This document shows, in pieces, positions 13,910 to 26,723 of a stretch of DNA of 64,000 bases (the stretch's first letter is position 1; each line of letters starts with the position of its first letter). This stretch comes from Adineta vaga (taxonomy: Eukaryota; Animalia; Rotifera). The stretch covers positions 7,626,001 through 7,690,000 of the forward strand of contig CP075497.1 in the NCBI GenBank assembly GCA_021613535.1, read 5' to 3'. The notes beneath the pieces are model-generated. The model saw only the letters and a program-made list of their open reading frames with translations. It did not search any database and was not told the origin of the DNA. The position numbers were made by a program, and so were the translations under genes.

Positions 13910-14950
13910 ATGACAAAATTTATTTGTTCTATTGTTGTACTCATCGTTTTAGTAACACTTTTTCATCGATCCAGTAGGTTTCTCAACTTTTGATTTATTC
14001 CTCATTTCTTATATGTTTGACTTTTACATCACGTAGTCGCATTAGAATCACAGCAACGATGTCGACGAGATGCTGCTTCAACATGTGTTCTCGTCGTGAA
14101 CTAACTGAAGGTCCATACTATTGGAATACATCACTCATGAGACAAAACATCTCGTAAGTCTTCTGACTTTATTATTATCATTCATAACATTTCTTTCTAG
14201 AGAGAACCGTGCTGGCTTTCCACTTCGTCTTCAAGTTATCGTAGCCGATATCAGCACATGTTTACCTATTGCCAATGCAGCTGTTACACTTTGGCATTGT
14301 GATGCAGGTGGAATCTATTCACATTACATTCAAGCTAGTCAAAACGTACAAAATCCACAAAATGATAATCAAACATTTCTTCGAGGTAACTACGCTTTTT
14401 TCCTTCCCCTTTTCTTTCCTAATGCATCTCGCATCTTCGTGACATGAATAGGTATTCAGTTGACAAATGCAAGTGGTGTAGCAACATTTGATACTATCTA
14501 TCCTGGATGGTATGTAGGTCGCGCCATACATATCATATCAAAGTTCATCTTGGTGGAACATATCTGAATGCATCGAGTTATTATTCAGGTGCTACTTATG
14601 TTCACACAGGTCAATTGTTTTTCAACGATTCGTTCAGCGATTTGGTGAATGCACAATCACCCTACAACAATCATAGTGGTAGTCGACTGTTGAATAGTGC
14701 CGATAATATTTATTTATCAGGAGGTTCATATACATTAATGGATGTTCAATATGTGAATTCCGGCAGTGGTTTTTCTGGTGGTCTAGTTACTTCAGTACAA
14801 CTTGCAGTAACAGGATTATCTTCATCGAATACTACATCAGCTACCACAGCGGTTTCGACAACGAGTAGTGGCACAATAACTACTATTTCTACAGCAGCAT
14901 CGAATTCTTGCGGTGGTCGTGCTGGTGGTCGTCCGTTCTGGTTATGGTAA
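13910..14950 (+). CDS. Secreted intradiol ring-cleavage dioxygenase, copy 2; apparent 1-nt frameshifts at ~14095 and ~14533
   Basis: Signal peptide MTKFICSIVVLIVLVTLFHRS, same three intron positions and catalytic core as copy 1, different Ser/Thr tail ending CGGRAGGRPFWLW*. TATA-like ctatataag at ~13776. It may be a pseudogene if the indels are real. Confidence 0.85.
14280..14760 (+). repeat. Near-identical segment shared with 11377-11858
   Basis: Direct sequence comparison. Confidence 0.95.
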
Positions 14951-15370
14951 TGTTAACTTGAAGATGTTTATGCCTTGTGATACTTTATGACTATTTTGAA
15001 ACACATCTTGTGAATATATTTCATGACAGTGAAATTGTCTTGTGAGTTTTTTTGATATTTTTAAGGATGAAAAATTGATTACATGAATAAAATACTACAT
15101 TTTTTATAGAATCTTTCATATATTGATTGTACAACTTCATCTAATATCATATCAGCATAACTCATTGCGAACCAGTTCTGTCTTACCGATACCAAAATAG
15201 GGACAGTTAATCCTCAGTTTGTTTTATAATGTAAATGAATGATTTATTGCAGATTATGATCATATACATATACAAAAATGCGTCACACAAGAAACGAGAA
15301 TTTTAAGATATATGTCGTAAAAGAAAATTGTTAGTTATGAAAAGTCATCGTGTTCAGATTTGTTTTATCT

Positions 15371-17420
15371 TTATGATTGTGGATACTGACATTTCACATT
15401 TTGAGCATAATCGCATCGATCAGCTTGAGAATTAAATCGAAGTGATGTTGGACAACTTCGACTCAATAACGTTCCATAAGCATTTCCACTCGCTCCTAAA
15501 TTATATAGACGTGAAAAATATCATTAGTAGTACAATTAAAAGTCAAACCTTGATGATAATGAATACATTCAAAATATTTTCCTTGAGCACAATTATATGG
15601 ATCAACAAAACGACCGTTTGATCGACATTGAAAATATTCTTTTATGAATGAAAATTAAATGATCATTTTATTCATTTTGAAAATTCTACTAACCATTTTC
15701 GCAATATCTTCCACTGTATCCACTTTTACATAAACAACGAGCTGAGACACCGGAACCTGGTGCATTTTCATAACACGTACCACCATTCACACATCGAACA
15801 CCATGACAATTACCAACCGCTACAGTATGCGTATCTAATAGAAATAAGTTTTTATCTTTGCACTACATCGAAATCATCTATTATCTGCACTCAAATATAA
15901 CCATAATAGTCAAACGAATATAAATATCAATACGGAAGATGATTTTCAATTGGACACAAAATACATCGTGCCATTTCAGATGACTTACTTAGTTTATGCT
16001 CACAAAATCGACCAGTAAAACCATTTGTACAAATACATGTTTGAGAAGCAAGCATACTGCATATACCACCATTTTGACATGGACAGAAAAGTGTACGAGC
16101 AGTACTAGTAGTTACTAGGAAAGAAAACGAAAAATTAATTAGGATCTAAATTAGTCTATCTATGTAAATCTAAAGTGAAAGTCTTGCTGCTTAAATTACC
16201 TGCTCGAGGTAAACATTGTGAACGAAAACTTCCATCTTGACAATAGCATATATACGATGCTTGTAAATCATAACAAACTCCACCATATTGACCTAAGTAT
16301 CTGGATAAAATATCGGATTCATATATATCTTTAAATTACTTACAAGGATTAGAAGCACATTCATTGACATCTGAAAGATTTCAATTCCAGTCGAAATAAA
16401 CTGATTATATTTTTTTACTTACTCATGTCACAAAAAACACCAGTATAACCTGGTTTACAAAGACATCGATAATCATTTGCTGTTTGTAAACATCGTCCAC
16501 CATTCATACAAGTTCGACTATCAAATGGATTACATGTATACGGAGAGTGTGTCGTTGTACTCATCGATGTTGTTAGCATTCGAGCAGTCGAAGCTGAATA
16601 TCCAAACACTTAAGAAAAGGAACATAGTCAAGTAATTTTTTATCAAATACATAACAAAGAAAAACGAATATTTACTTCGACATGATAAGCCAAATTGACC
16701 ATTTGGACATAAACAGACAAATGGAATGTTAGGATCAGTAAGTTGAAGACATTTGCCTGGATTACATGGATTTTTTGAACAGGGTGAAATTATTTGTTCT
16801 AAAATTAGACAATAATAATCGATTCGTCACATTCTTTTCTATCTTTAATACTATCACATAATTTTCCTGTCCATGTAGGTAAACAATTACAAAAATAACT
16901 AGCTAATCCTTCGATACATAAACCATTGATACATGGATTTGAATAACAACCACTACGAGTAACTAAATATATATAGAATCCTTATTATAAAAGTGATTTG
17001 TTACTCTTGATTATTTACCATTACAACTTGTTAAAGAAATTGCATCACCAGCACATCGACATAAATATCCATGAAGTAAACTTGGTACTACTTCACAAGT
17101 GCCTTGTCCACATGGTTTTCTTGAACATGGATCTATCAATTGAAGTCGATATATATATCATTCACAATTTCAACAAAACTATCAACAAACTTTCAGTTGG
17201 GCATGGTAAGATTGTATTTGAACCACTAGGACATCGACAAAAGTAAGGTAATGATGGATTTTGTGTTTGAATACACACACCAGATCCACAATTAATATTC
17301 GTACAAATATCTATCATCGATATAATCATTCTGGTCTTTTAGAAATATAATCAATTCAATTTAATTACCTTCGCTAGCAACGAAATGTACAAGAATAAAA
17401 CAGAAGCCGAATAGAATCAT
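15371..17420 (-). CDS. Secreted protein with ~8 EGF-like repeats and a C-terminal chitin-binding type-2 (peritrophin-A/CBM14) domain
   Basis: Signal peptide MILFGFCFILVHFVASE; EGF units such as CMNGGRCLQTANDYRCLCKPGYTGVFCD and NECASNPCQYGGVCYD; final domain CRSNGRFVDPYNCAQGKYFEC...SCPTSLRFNSQADRCDYAQNVKC. No TM. Confidence 0.85.
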
Positions 17421-18119
17421 TTTGATTCAACTATGTGTCTTCCAACTAATACTGATGAATGCAATCGAATAGATCCGTGACAATCAGACATATTCGAAAA
17501 TAAAATCACATCGTTCTTTTTCTTTCTTTGATTCTCATATTTCCATAGTTCTTCACATACAATTGATGACGTTGTTTTTAAAGATTGAGGTCATTTGATC
17601 ATGTTGTCTGTCTCGTCATTTGTATAAAACAAAAGTAGTCGTCTTTACTATCACACATATACATTATTTTAGACCTTGGGAATAAGACGGACACAACATA
17701 TATCTCAACCGACTGAGAGTGTAATTTGATCGTGATGATTGAACAAAGACACGATATCTGATAAGAATGTATGAGACAAAATTCACTTGTTCTTCTTTTC
17801 GTGTCGAAGGACAGAACAAATCTTTTGATTTCTTTGCTTTTTTTAAAATCAAACTTGAATCGATTGTATGAAACAAATAATAGTTGTTTTCATATCGACG
17901 TCACTAAATGTAACTTTCAATTTTTAACTTATTCTTTCCATATAAACCTTATTCGATAGCCAAAAAGCTCTTCTCTTCTCTTCTCTCTCGTGCACACCTT
18001 ACGTTAAAAGGATTCACATTCTTTCATGACAATATAAACACATGCGCATATAAAAAGAAAAAGAAAAAAAACGTTATATAAAACTATTTGTTTCATTAAT
18101 CGTCATAGTAGAAGAAATC

Positions 18120-20191
18120 ATGAGTTACGGATCAAATGTTTTAGCAGAATATCCAACATCATACAATCAATCTACATTACCCAATATTGACATAAATAGA
18201 CGTTCTACCTTTGAAAATTCCTATCCACCAGATAATTTCTATCAAAATGCTGATCCAAGATTTAATCAGGAAAGAACAATACATCATCGATCGTCAGTTT
18301 CTCAAAATTCTTCGACAACAAGTTCACGGAAACCTATTCCACCTAATCAAACAGCTCCACTATTAAATGAAATCCCGAAATATGAGGAAAGTCTTGGTAC
18401 AGCATCTAGTGTTGCTCGTTCAATGAACAATATAAATATTCAACAAAATCATAATCAACCAACAAATAATATTAATCATAAACCTCAATCTCAGCCGAAT
18501 CGAAACTTCTCACAGACTAAAATTCAACAGCAACAGACAACACGTATTCAACCTGATAGAGATGTAAATAAGGGAATTATGAATGGTGAATCTAATAGGA
18601 ATGATAATGTAAATCAGTCTGTTAATATGGAAGCATGGTTAGGTGACACAAAAAAGAAATCAATAGTAGATGAAAAATCAACGAAACAAGCATGGACTGT
18701 TAAAACTGATCATATGGATCCAACCCAACAAAATAAATCAATACGTTCGAAGACTAAATCTAAATCATTTACCAATTCAATAAATCGTGATAAAACCTAT
18801 GAAATTCAACAGGATCCATATTTTGATGCAGTTGATGATGAAAATTCATCTCCATCTTTTCATCAAACAACATCAACGCGAACTCATTTATCTACAAATT
18901 CATTTCGTAAGTTATTCCTTATTTATACAAATCTATCTATTCAAAATGGATTTATTAAGATCAAGCAAGTCTAAATAGTCCATCGAGAAATCCTAAAACT
19001 TCTTCATATGAACCACCATCACCAAAACGTGTACCAGGTACAATGCCAGTCAATTCTTGGAAGCGACAAGATCAATTACAAGTATTTGGTTCTATTCATT
19101 TATCAAATGTATGGATTATCTTCTTTCGTTTAGTTTCCACTTGATTCACTTCAACTAGATTCTTCTGAAAGTGAATTCACTGGTCGTGACAATATTCATA
19201 AGAATGCTGATGAACGTTTTCATGAAGCTCTACAAAAACTACGTGCTGATCGTGCTAAGCAACAAAAAGAATTAGTAAAAACAAACAAAATGTCTTATTT
19301 TGACGTTTTTTTTCTTCTACGGAACATGTTTTCACCTAGAGCGAAACAACAGCAAAACGTTTGCAATACGGTGATTATATTCGTCATTCTTCTAAAGATG
19401 AATTACTTCAAACTGTTGTGAAATCACCTTCAGGAACAGATTTTCTTGAATTCAAAAAAGGCAATTTATTATCTCTTTCTAAACAAGAAAAGGTTAAACA
19501 ATTCATTCGATTAGCAAAACAAAAGTCAATATTTTCTTTATATCAATAGAAAGAACTTTATGATCAATCAAGATCTTATGCAGAACGAATTCGATATCGA
19601 AATTATGATAAATGGCATGAAAATGAAATAGCAAAATCTCTTCAAAAGAATGCCCTTCAAAAAGATGCTTATCAAGTAACTTGCACTTATTATTATTTTT
19701 TCTTCATCTTTCTATGTCTATTTAAATAGGAATCGGAATCAAGTAATTTAACTCCACGTCAAAAAATGAAAAATGCTAAATCAAAATCTGTTAATCGTAC
19801 ATTAAAACAACATGGATCAGATTTGACAACAAAAACAACAAAGAAAATGGAAACAAAACAAAGACTTGTTGGTGATAGTAATCGAATAAAAACAAATGAA
19901 AACTTGCATACATCTTTTGTTCGTGATCATCGATTAGATGAGGAGTATGGAAAGTATCCCGCTTTTATTAGCAATCATAAAAAAATTGATTCTGAAAGTA
20001 AGAAGAAAAGAGTTCGCTATGCTAAATACGATTCTGTTGGACGAGAAACAAGTGGTGTTGACGATAATGCAGATAATTATGCTAGACATACTCCACGAAC
20101 CATGCATTTAAAACTTCGTCAAGTTAGCAGTAATTTATATTCTTTAGAAGAAGAAAAACCATTTGATGATGTTCGTTATAAAAGACGATAG
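18120..20191 (+). CDS. Uncharacterised hydrophilic N/Q/S-rich protein, ~6 exons
   Basis: 284-aa first ORF, internal exons bounded by GT-AG, and a 141-aa terminal ORF. No recognisable domain. Confidence 0.7.
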
Positions 20192-20790
20192 ATGATGAAT
20201 CAAATCATTTTTTTTTGTATTTCTTTTTCTGATCATTATGAAAAGAATCGTGAATAAACATGTTCATGAGATTCTTGTATGAGTTATATATTGTGAATAA
20301 ATAAGACACAAAATTTCTCGTTTTCATCAAATAATAAAGAAAGCGAACTTTTTTTCTTCCTCGACAAGTTATTTTTACGTCGCTATGATGAATTTCTTTT
20401 TATTTGAATGCGATTTAAATTTTGACGTTACTTCTCGATCGTTCTGTTTGATTGTTGTTGTTGTACACATTTGTCGCTTCTCTTCTTCTTCTTTGATTTA
20501 TTTCTTATCAACGCTGCTTCTAAATAACAGCTACTTATTAATGAAAAAAGTCAAGTTCACTTTTTTTTTCGTCTAACAAAAGTATTTGCTCGTTGACAAA
20601 TATACATATCGTCTTAATTGAGTGGCATATTCGATACAATTTGTCACCTTTTTCTTTTATTCTAAATTCCAATTAACAACGAAAACATCTGAAGAGAGCA
20701 AAAAACATCTTATTTCATCTAAAATAAACATTCAAAACACATAAGAGTGGCATTCAAACGCTTGTACATTCGTATAAAACAACAAGAAAA

Positions 20791-23526
20791 ATGAATGCAC
20801 TCGAAACAGAATATTCATTTTTGGCACCAACATGGAAATTACCGCCTGTAGCAACTCCATCAATGTATTCTCGAGCGTATGGAGCACCATATGCATCCAA
20901 TGAATTAGATAACGATCTCGATTGGGTAAGTATAAACACAGTGAGAGAATTGAAAAAATTTCAATGGAATATATGTATATATATATAGGTTCTATGGAAA
21001 AATACTTTATATAATTCACGACATATTCCATCATATTTGCTTTCATCAAGATCTTCTTACGATTATTCAATGCCAACAAATCAACAACGACCAATAATTC
21101 CTTCAGTTCCCTCACAACAGCAACAACAACAACAACAACAGCAGCAGTATTATCAAATACCAAACGTACATCCAAAACAATCTCATTCGTTTCATTATCA
21201 GCCACCAAATAGTTTTTCACAAAATACGCATACTCTTCAAACGTCTCAAACTTTTGAACCAAATCATAATCAAAATGTTAATCGAGAAATTACATATTCG
21301 ACAGCAGTTCAAAATAATCATTCTTCACCATCAACACAAAAACGACGTGTACAGATAATCGATCACAATCGTCGAACACCATCAAGAGCTATTAATGATC
21401 ATACATCTGGGAGAAATAGTTATAATTCTCCTCAGCAAACATCTAATATGAATAAATCTCAGATGAAATCGAAATCATCTGTAACAAATCAAGAAAATCG
21501 ATTTGGTTATACTGGAAATCATTTTAATATTCATGAATATCTCTACGGTCTATCGGCACCTGATCCTGGTTAGTGAGAAGAATTTTTGATTATTCAAAAG
21601 AAACCTTTTCTAAACATTTGTTTCTTTCAGGTAGCTATGTCGATGCTTTTCGACATCATCAACGTCGTTTACAGGACGAAAAACTAACTCGAAAATTTGT
21701 CTTGAATGACTATAAAAATTTTGCTCAAAACGGTGGTTTTGGTCCTGCATTTGGAAAAACCGATCATGGAATATCGAAAGATAAGGTTTGTATCAAAAAA
21801 ATCTTTCGTTTTTTTTTTGCTGAACTAAAAGTTCATTCTTCTTCCAATTAGGTTAATAATCAAAATCGAAGAACAGTTTATGCAAAAGAAGTTCGAGAAA
21901 ACAATCAACAAAAAGTCGAAACACAAAGACGTTTACAAACAAGTTATTCACAACAACGAAATCCAACTGGATCTGTACCAAAATATCAACGGGTATGAAC
22001 GATTGAAATTCTTTTCGATTAACAACACATCTATTCGAATTAACTAATCATACACTTTTTGCAGCATGATGCCACTAAATCCGACTTTTCGTCTGCACGA
22101 GAGGTGAGAGAATTTGAACGAAAAATCAGACGTGAACACAATAAAAAATGCAAATGTTCTTTGCATACATAATCACACTAGACGAATGTTTAATATGTAC
22201 ATATTGTCAATTGATGTAATTCGCTTTTTTTTACAATATTGATTGACTTTCTTGTTTTGTAAATATCTTTTGTGGGTCATAACTTGTGTGTTTATTATTG
22301 TCTTACGTTATTGGGGATGATTTCGGTTATAATTAGAATGATTTATTCTGTATTTGTAGGCTCGTGAATATGCGGATACGATCGAAAAACCTCGACAGAC
22401 CAAATCATTGGTGCGTTTGCGTGATCCTATGTCCGGCAATGTTATTATTCCTGATGCTTTACATCAATCTCGTCAAAATCTAATCACTTAACCTATATTT
22501 ATCCTTTGTTTTGCTTTCTTAGATGACACTATATCCTGCTTTGTGTTTCATAAATTCTTTTCTTTATTATTTGTATATATATATATATCTATCTATATGT
22601 GATTAATACTATCGTTTGTTAATTAGTTGCTTAAGTTTGTTTGGTTATTCATATAGTTCTTTGATCGAAGTTTATATGTGAAGTGATTTGAAAAAAAAAG
22701 TCTTGTCTCAAAGATTTCTACTAAACAAATAATGTTGGAAGAAAATACTCAACGAACGACGAAGGTTATCATAATAAATCTATTCGTTCGATATTGTTAT
22801 TTATATGAGTGAATGTCTAACAGACTTTTCTCAATAAGAAAAACTAATTAATGATAGAAGTATGTCTGATCATTTCTTTTTCCTTGATTATGTTTTGAAA
22901 GAAAAATCTACTTGACAATTCCTTGCTTATTTCGTTTGTATCAGTATCTATGACTTCAAGAGTTCAGTGATCTATTAGTTTATATTTCATAGGTTGCTAC
23001 CAATCTCTCATTAGAACCTCCAGTTATCTTACCAGTAATCACACCTTTATCAAGCAATGAACGTCATTCCAGTTTAAGTGATCTGTTACCTATTGAATTT
23101 GATATAGAACAATCAAGACGTTTTTCATCTTCGAATACTATATCAACTGAAAAACGTCGTGTTCGTTTTCAACCTCATAATCTCGTTCGACGTCGTTCAA
23201 GTACATTTACAGAAATTCCGTCGTATAATTTGGAAAAGAATCTGTCATCAAAAGTTCGTGATGAAAAAGATCAAAAACAAAAAAAGAATTTCGAAAATTT
23301 TCAAAAATCTTCTCAACTTTCACCACAATCATCTCAAAATCAAAATGAAAAACAATCAATGAATTTACGTAAAACAATGTTAAGTAATCATTTGACAAGA
23401 ACGAATCTCAATAAGAATAATAAACCTCATTCGTCTATTCCTCCAACAAAGTTCAAATTAGAAAATTATGACTTTAAAATAAATGGAATTCCTCGTCATA
23501 ATGCGAATGATTCATTTCATCAATAA
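20791..23526 (+). CDS. JHY (C11orf63)-like ciliary protein
   Basis: Spliced product contains RKFVLNDYKNFAQNGGFGPAF...RRTVYAKEVRENN...AREYADTIEKPR, recalling the JHY motifs (TLKDY, GGLGP, EYAKQVKEYN, ALEYAKTIPKP). PolyQ in exon 2. Family call is from memory of the motifs. Confidence 0.6.
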
Positions 23527-23640
23527 AAACGAAACTATTTATTTACTTTTCTTTTCTCTCTTTCTTTCTTTCTTTTTTTTGTGGAGACAGAGGTTAGATA
23601 AAACGACATGTATGAAAGGTCATATTAGATATCATCAAAC

Positions 23641-24262
23641 ATGCCGGAGAGTCTCGAACATATTGACAAAAAAGCATCAAAAGAAGAGAAATATAAACAA
23701 GTTTTGATTGAAATCAAAAGTTTAGTTCAACATGAAAAAGATTTAATTGCCAATTTAGCAAATGTTAGTGCAATACTCAAAGAAATCTTTGCTTTTTGGT
23801 GGGTAGGATTCTATTTAGTTAAAGATAACCAACTGGTACTTGGTCCATTTCAAGTAAGAATATCAACATAGAGAATTTTTTTTGTAAATTTAGTTATTAT
23901 TTTTCTTTTCAAAGGGTCCATTAGCATGTACAAGAATTCAATTGAATAAAGGTGTTTGTGGTACAAGTTGGGCGGAACATAAAACTATTCTAGTACCAAA
24001 TGTTCATCAATTTCCAGGTCATATCGGTATGAAAAACATTGTGAGTGTTAGCAATACATGAATTGATTTTTTTCGTATAGCTTGTTCATCAGCTTCACTA
24101 TCTGAAATAGTCGTACCAATTATTCGAATAACATCTGATGATAAACAAGAACAAGTATTAGGTGTATTGGACGTTGATAGTGAATTTGAAGGTCATTTTG
24201 ATGAAATAGATCAATATTATTTAGAACAATTGGTTCGTGAATCAATTGAACCATGTTTTTGA
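23641..24262 (+). CDS. msrC: Free methionine-(R)-sulfoxide reductase (GAF domain, fRMsr), bacterial type, 2 introns
   Basis: Exons 23641-23853, 23915-24026 and 24081-24262 give DLIANLANVSAILKEIFAFWWVGFYLVKDNQLVLGPFQGPLACTRIQLNKGVCGTSW...VPNVHQFPGHIACSSASLSEIVVP...GVLDVDS..HFDEID. All three conserved cysteines are present. Confidence 0.95.
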
Positions 24263-25607
24263 TTTAAAGAAAACAAAAATCAACAGAATTCTTCCGTTTT
24301 TTTCTAATCAATTGACATTTCATTAATCATAATTATCCATGTCTATTCGATGATTTGATATGTTTTGGAATATAAATTTCAGAAAAAAAGCAAAAGCTCT
24401 TGTCCTTGAATAAATTAACAAATATAATAGAAAAAAAATTATTTTTCTTCCGTTTCTCTTTCGATTGCCGAGAGGAATGTGTGATGTGAGAACACATCTA
24501 GCATTTAAAAGAGATCCTGTGTTCATTAAGAGAACATTTTTCCGGATGCTTCAACATTCGATACAGTTTAATTAACAAGTAAGAATACCCATAAGCGAAA
24601 GAGAATGACTAACCATGCACGAACGTGATTACATTTTGATTTTCGGATCATATTCACAGTTTTATTAAACTAAAACTAATCTATTCAATGAAAATGAGAG
24701 TAATTTGATCGGTAATCTATTCGTTGTGATGTTATGACCTTCGATGTTTTTTTTTTCTTATCGAGATATTGTTAATAAACTTACGAGAAACGCACGCATC
24801 GAATGAATAGATTTTACAAATCGACAATCGATATGACGAGAGTAGAGATGTATTATTTACATTTATTCTTTCTTTTTCTGATGATTCTATTAGAATGAAG
24901 TTAGTAAAGAAGAAAAAAAAACAGAAGAAAAAGATCGATCTTAAACTATTTTTTCTAGAATAAACGATGCTTTTTTTCTTCCCTCTCTCTCTCCCTCTCT
25001 TGTTCCCTCCTTTTTTCCTCAATATTATTCCGAGTCAATCATTTGCTTTAATACGGTAACCGACAACAAACAGAATAATAAAACAAGCCATCATGGATTT
25101 TGATTTTTTCCTATAATTGATCAAGTATGTCGATTTCTTATACACATCATCAGTTAAGTTTGCTTCTTTCTCTCGCTTCTTTTTTTGTATATAAAATAAA
25201 ACGATCTTTTTGATTGACAGGAAATAAGGTAGAGTTATTGCATTTGTTGATGTTATTTTACAGGGGTAAGCAGGTTTGTGTCGACGTCAATAGAAATTAG
25301 TACTTGTGACAAATGACGATGTCTATAGCAATTCTTCTCATACATATATAGAAGCAAGCTGGAAGCTATTTGTACTAACACATACATAGAAAAAAAGGAA
25401 ATCGAGCTTCTCTACATCTTCTCATCAAAACGATCCGTAGAAATTATTTTCTTCTTCTACTCGATTTAATTCCAATTTCTAATCATACATTCATACATAC
25501 GTATATATAAGTATCCATCGACCACCTATTGTGTTGTACAAACAAGTTTGTTAGATTCTTTTTTTTCTCATTTGGATTATTCTTCTTTTTATTCTTTAGT
25601 GTTACAA

Positions 25608-26723
25608 ATGTTTTATTACATCTTATTCTTTGGTTTACTTATTCTATCGGTGCTTATCGCTGAACCTATTATTCCTAATCCATATGAACCTGTTCCACCA
25701 CCATCCTATAATTATTATGCATATCAACCATCCCAATACCAACAACAACAACAACAACAACAGGCACAAACACCTTCACCTTATTTAAATAAGCGTAATC
25801 CTAATAACGACCCTTATTCAAATTCTCAACAATCATATTCATCCATAGCAGCGACTTATGGAACTAGTGGAACGAAAGCATCATCATCCAAGCAATGTAA
25901 ATTACATATAAATTGTCCAAGTACGAAAATAAAAAAGATAATTTTATGCAATTATTTAAATATTCGTTATTTTGTCTAGATGCAAGAAACCGAGTGACAC
26001 TTGATATTCAAGGACCAGCAGGTATGTATGTTTTGATTCGAAAAGCTGGAAAGTCAAAAAACAATTTCTATTTATTTAGGCCCACCAGGTCCGCCAGGAA
26101 AACAGGGCATGCAAGGGCCCAGTGGTCCGCCAGGATTACCTGGTCCACCAGGTAAATTCTATTTCTTTTCGAATCAGACAATATTCAGATTTGTTTTTGA
26201 AGGTCGTGATGGTCATTCAAATATAAAATCTGCATTTTTTGTCGCATTAAACAATACATATTCTTTACAAACAGATTCATCTATAATCGTTTGGGATGAT
26301 ATTTTATTGAATAAAAATTATAATTTAAATAAAACAACAGGCATCTATTATGCTCCAATCGCTGGTCTCTATGAATTTAGTTTAACAGTTTGTGTACCAG
26401 CAAATAATATTGTATGTTTTCTAGTTTCTCTTCTTATCTTTATGTTTATTAGGATATGAATCATTTTAGGCATCTGTTTCTCTGTGTAAAAATACGGAAA
26501 ATATTGTACCATTGTGGGTCGAAGGATATTTAACAGCTGTGAAAAATCAAAAAGTACCCGTTTGGAATACGGCATCAACAACCGTGGTTTTATTTCTAAA
26601 TCGAGGTGATCGAATATATATTCGTGCCAATCACGTAATGATGGAGATTATAATTTTAAAACATCATTATATGGTTGGCGTTATACTACATTTGGTGGAT
26701 ATTTAATTCACGAAGATAATTAA
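25608..26723 (+). CDS. Secreted C1q/TNF-domain protein with short collagen repeat; apparent 1-nt frameshift at ~26627
   Basis: Signal peptide, P/Y/Q-rich segment, GPAGPPGPPGKQGMQGPSGPPGLPGPPGRDG, then SAFFVAL...TTGIYYAPIAGLYEFSLT...TASTTVVLFLNRGDRIYIR. The canonical YTTFGGYLI* end lies in a shifted frame. Confidence 0.88.
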
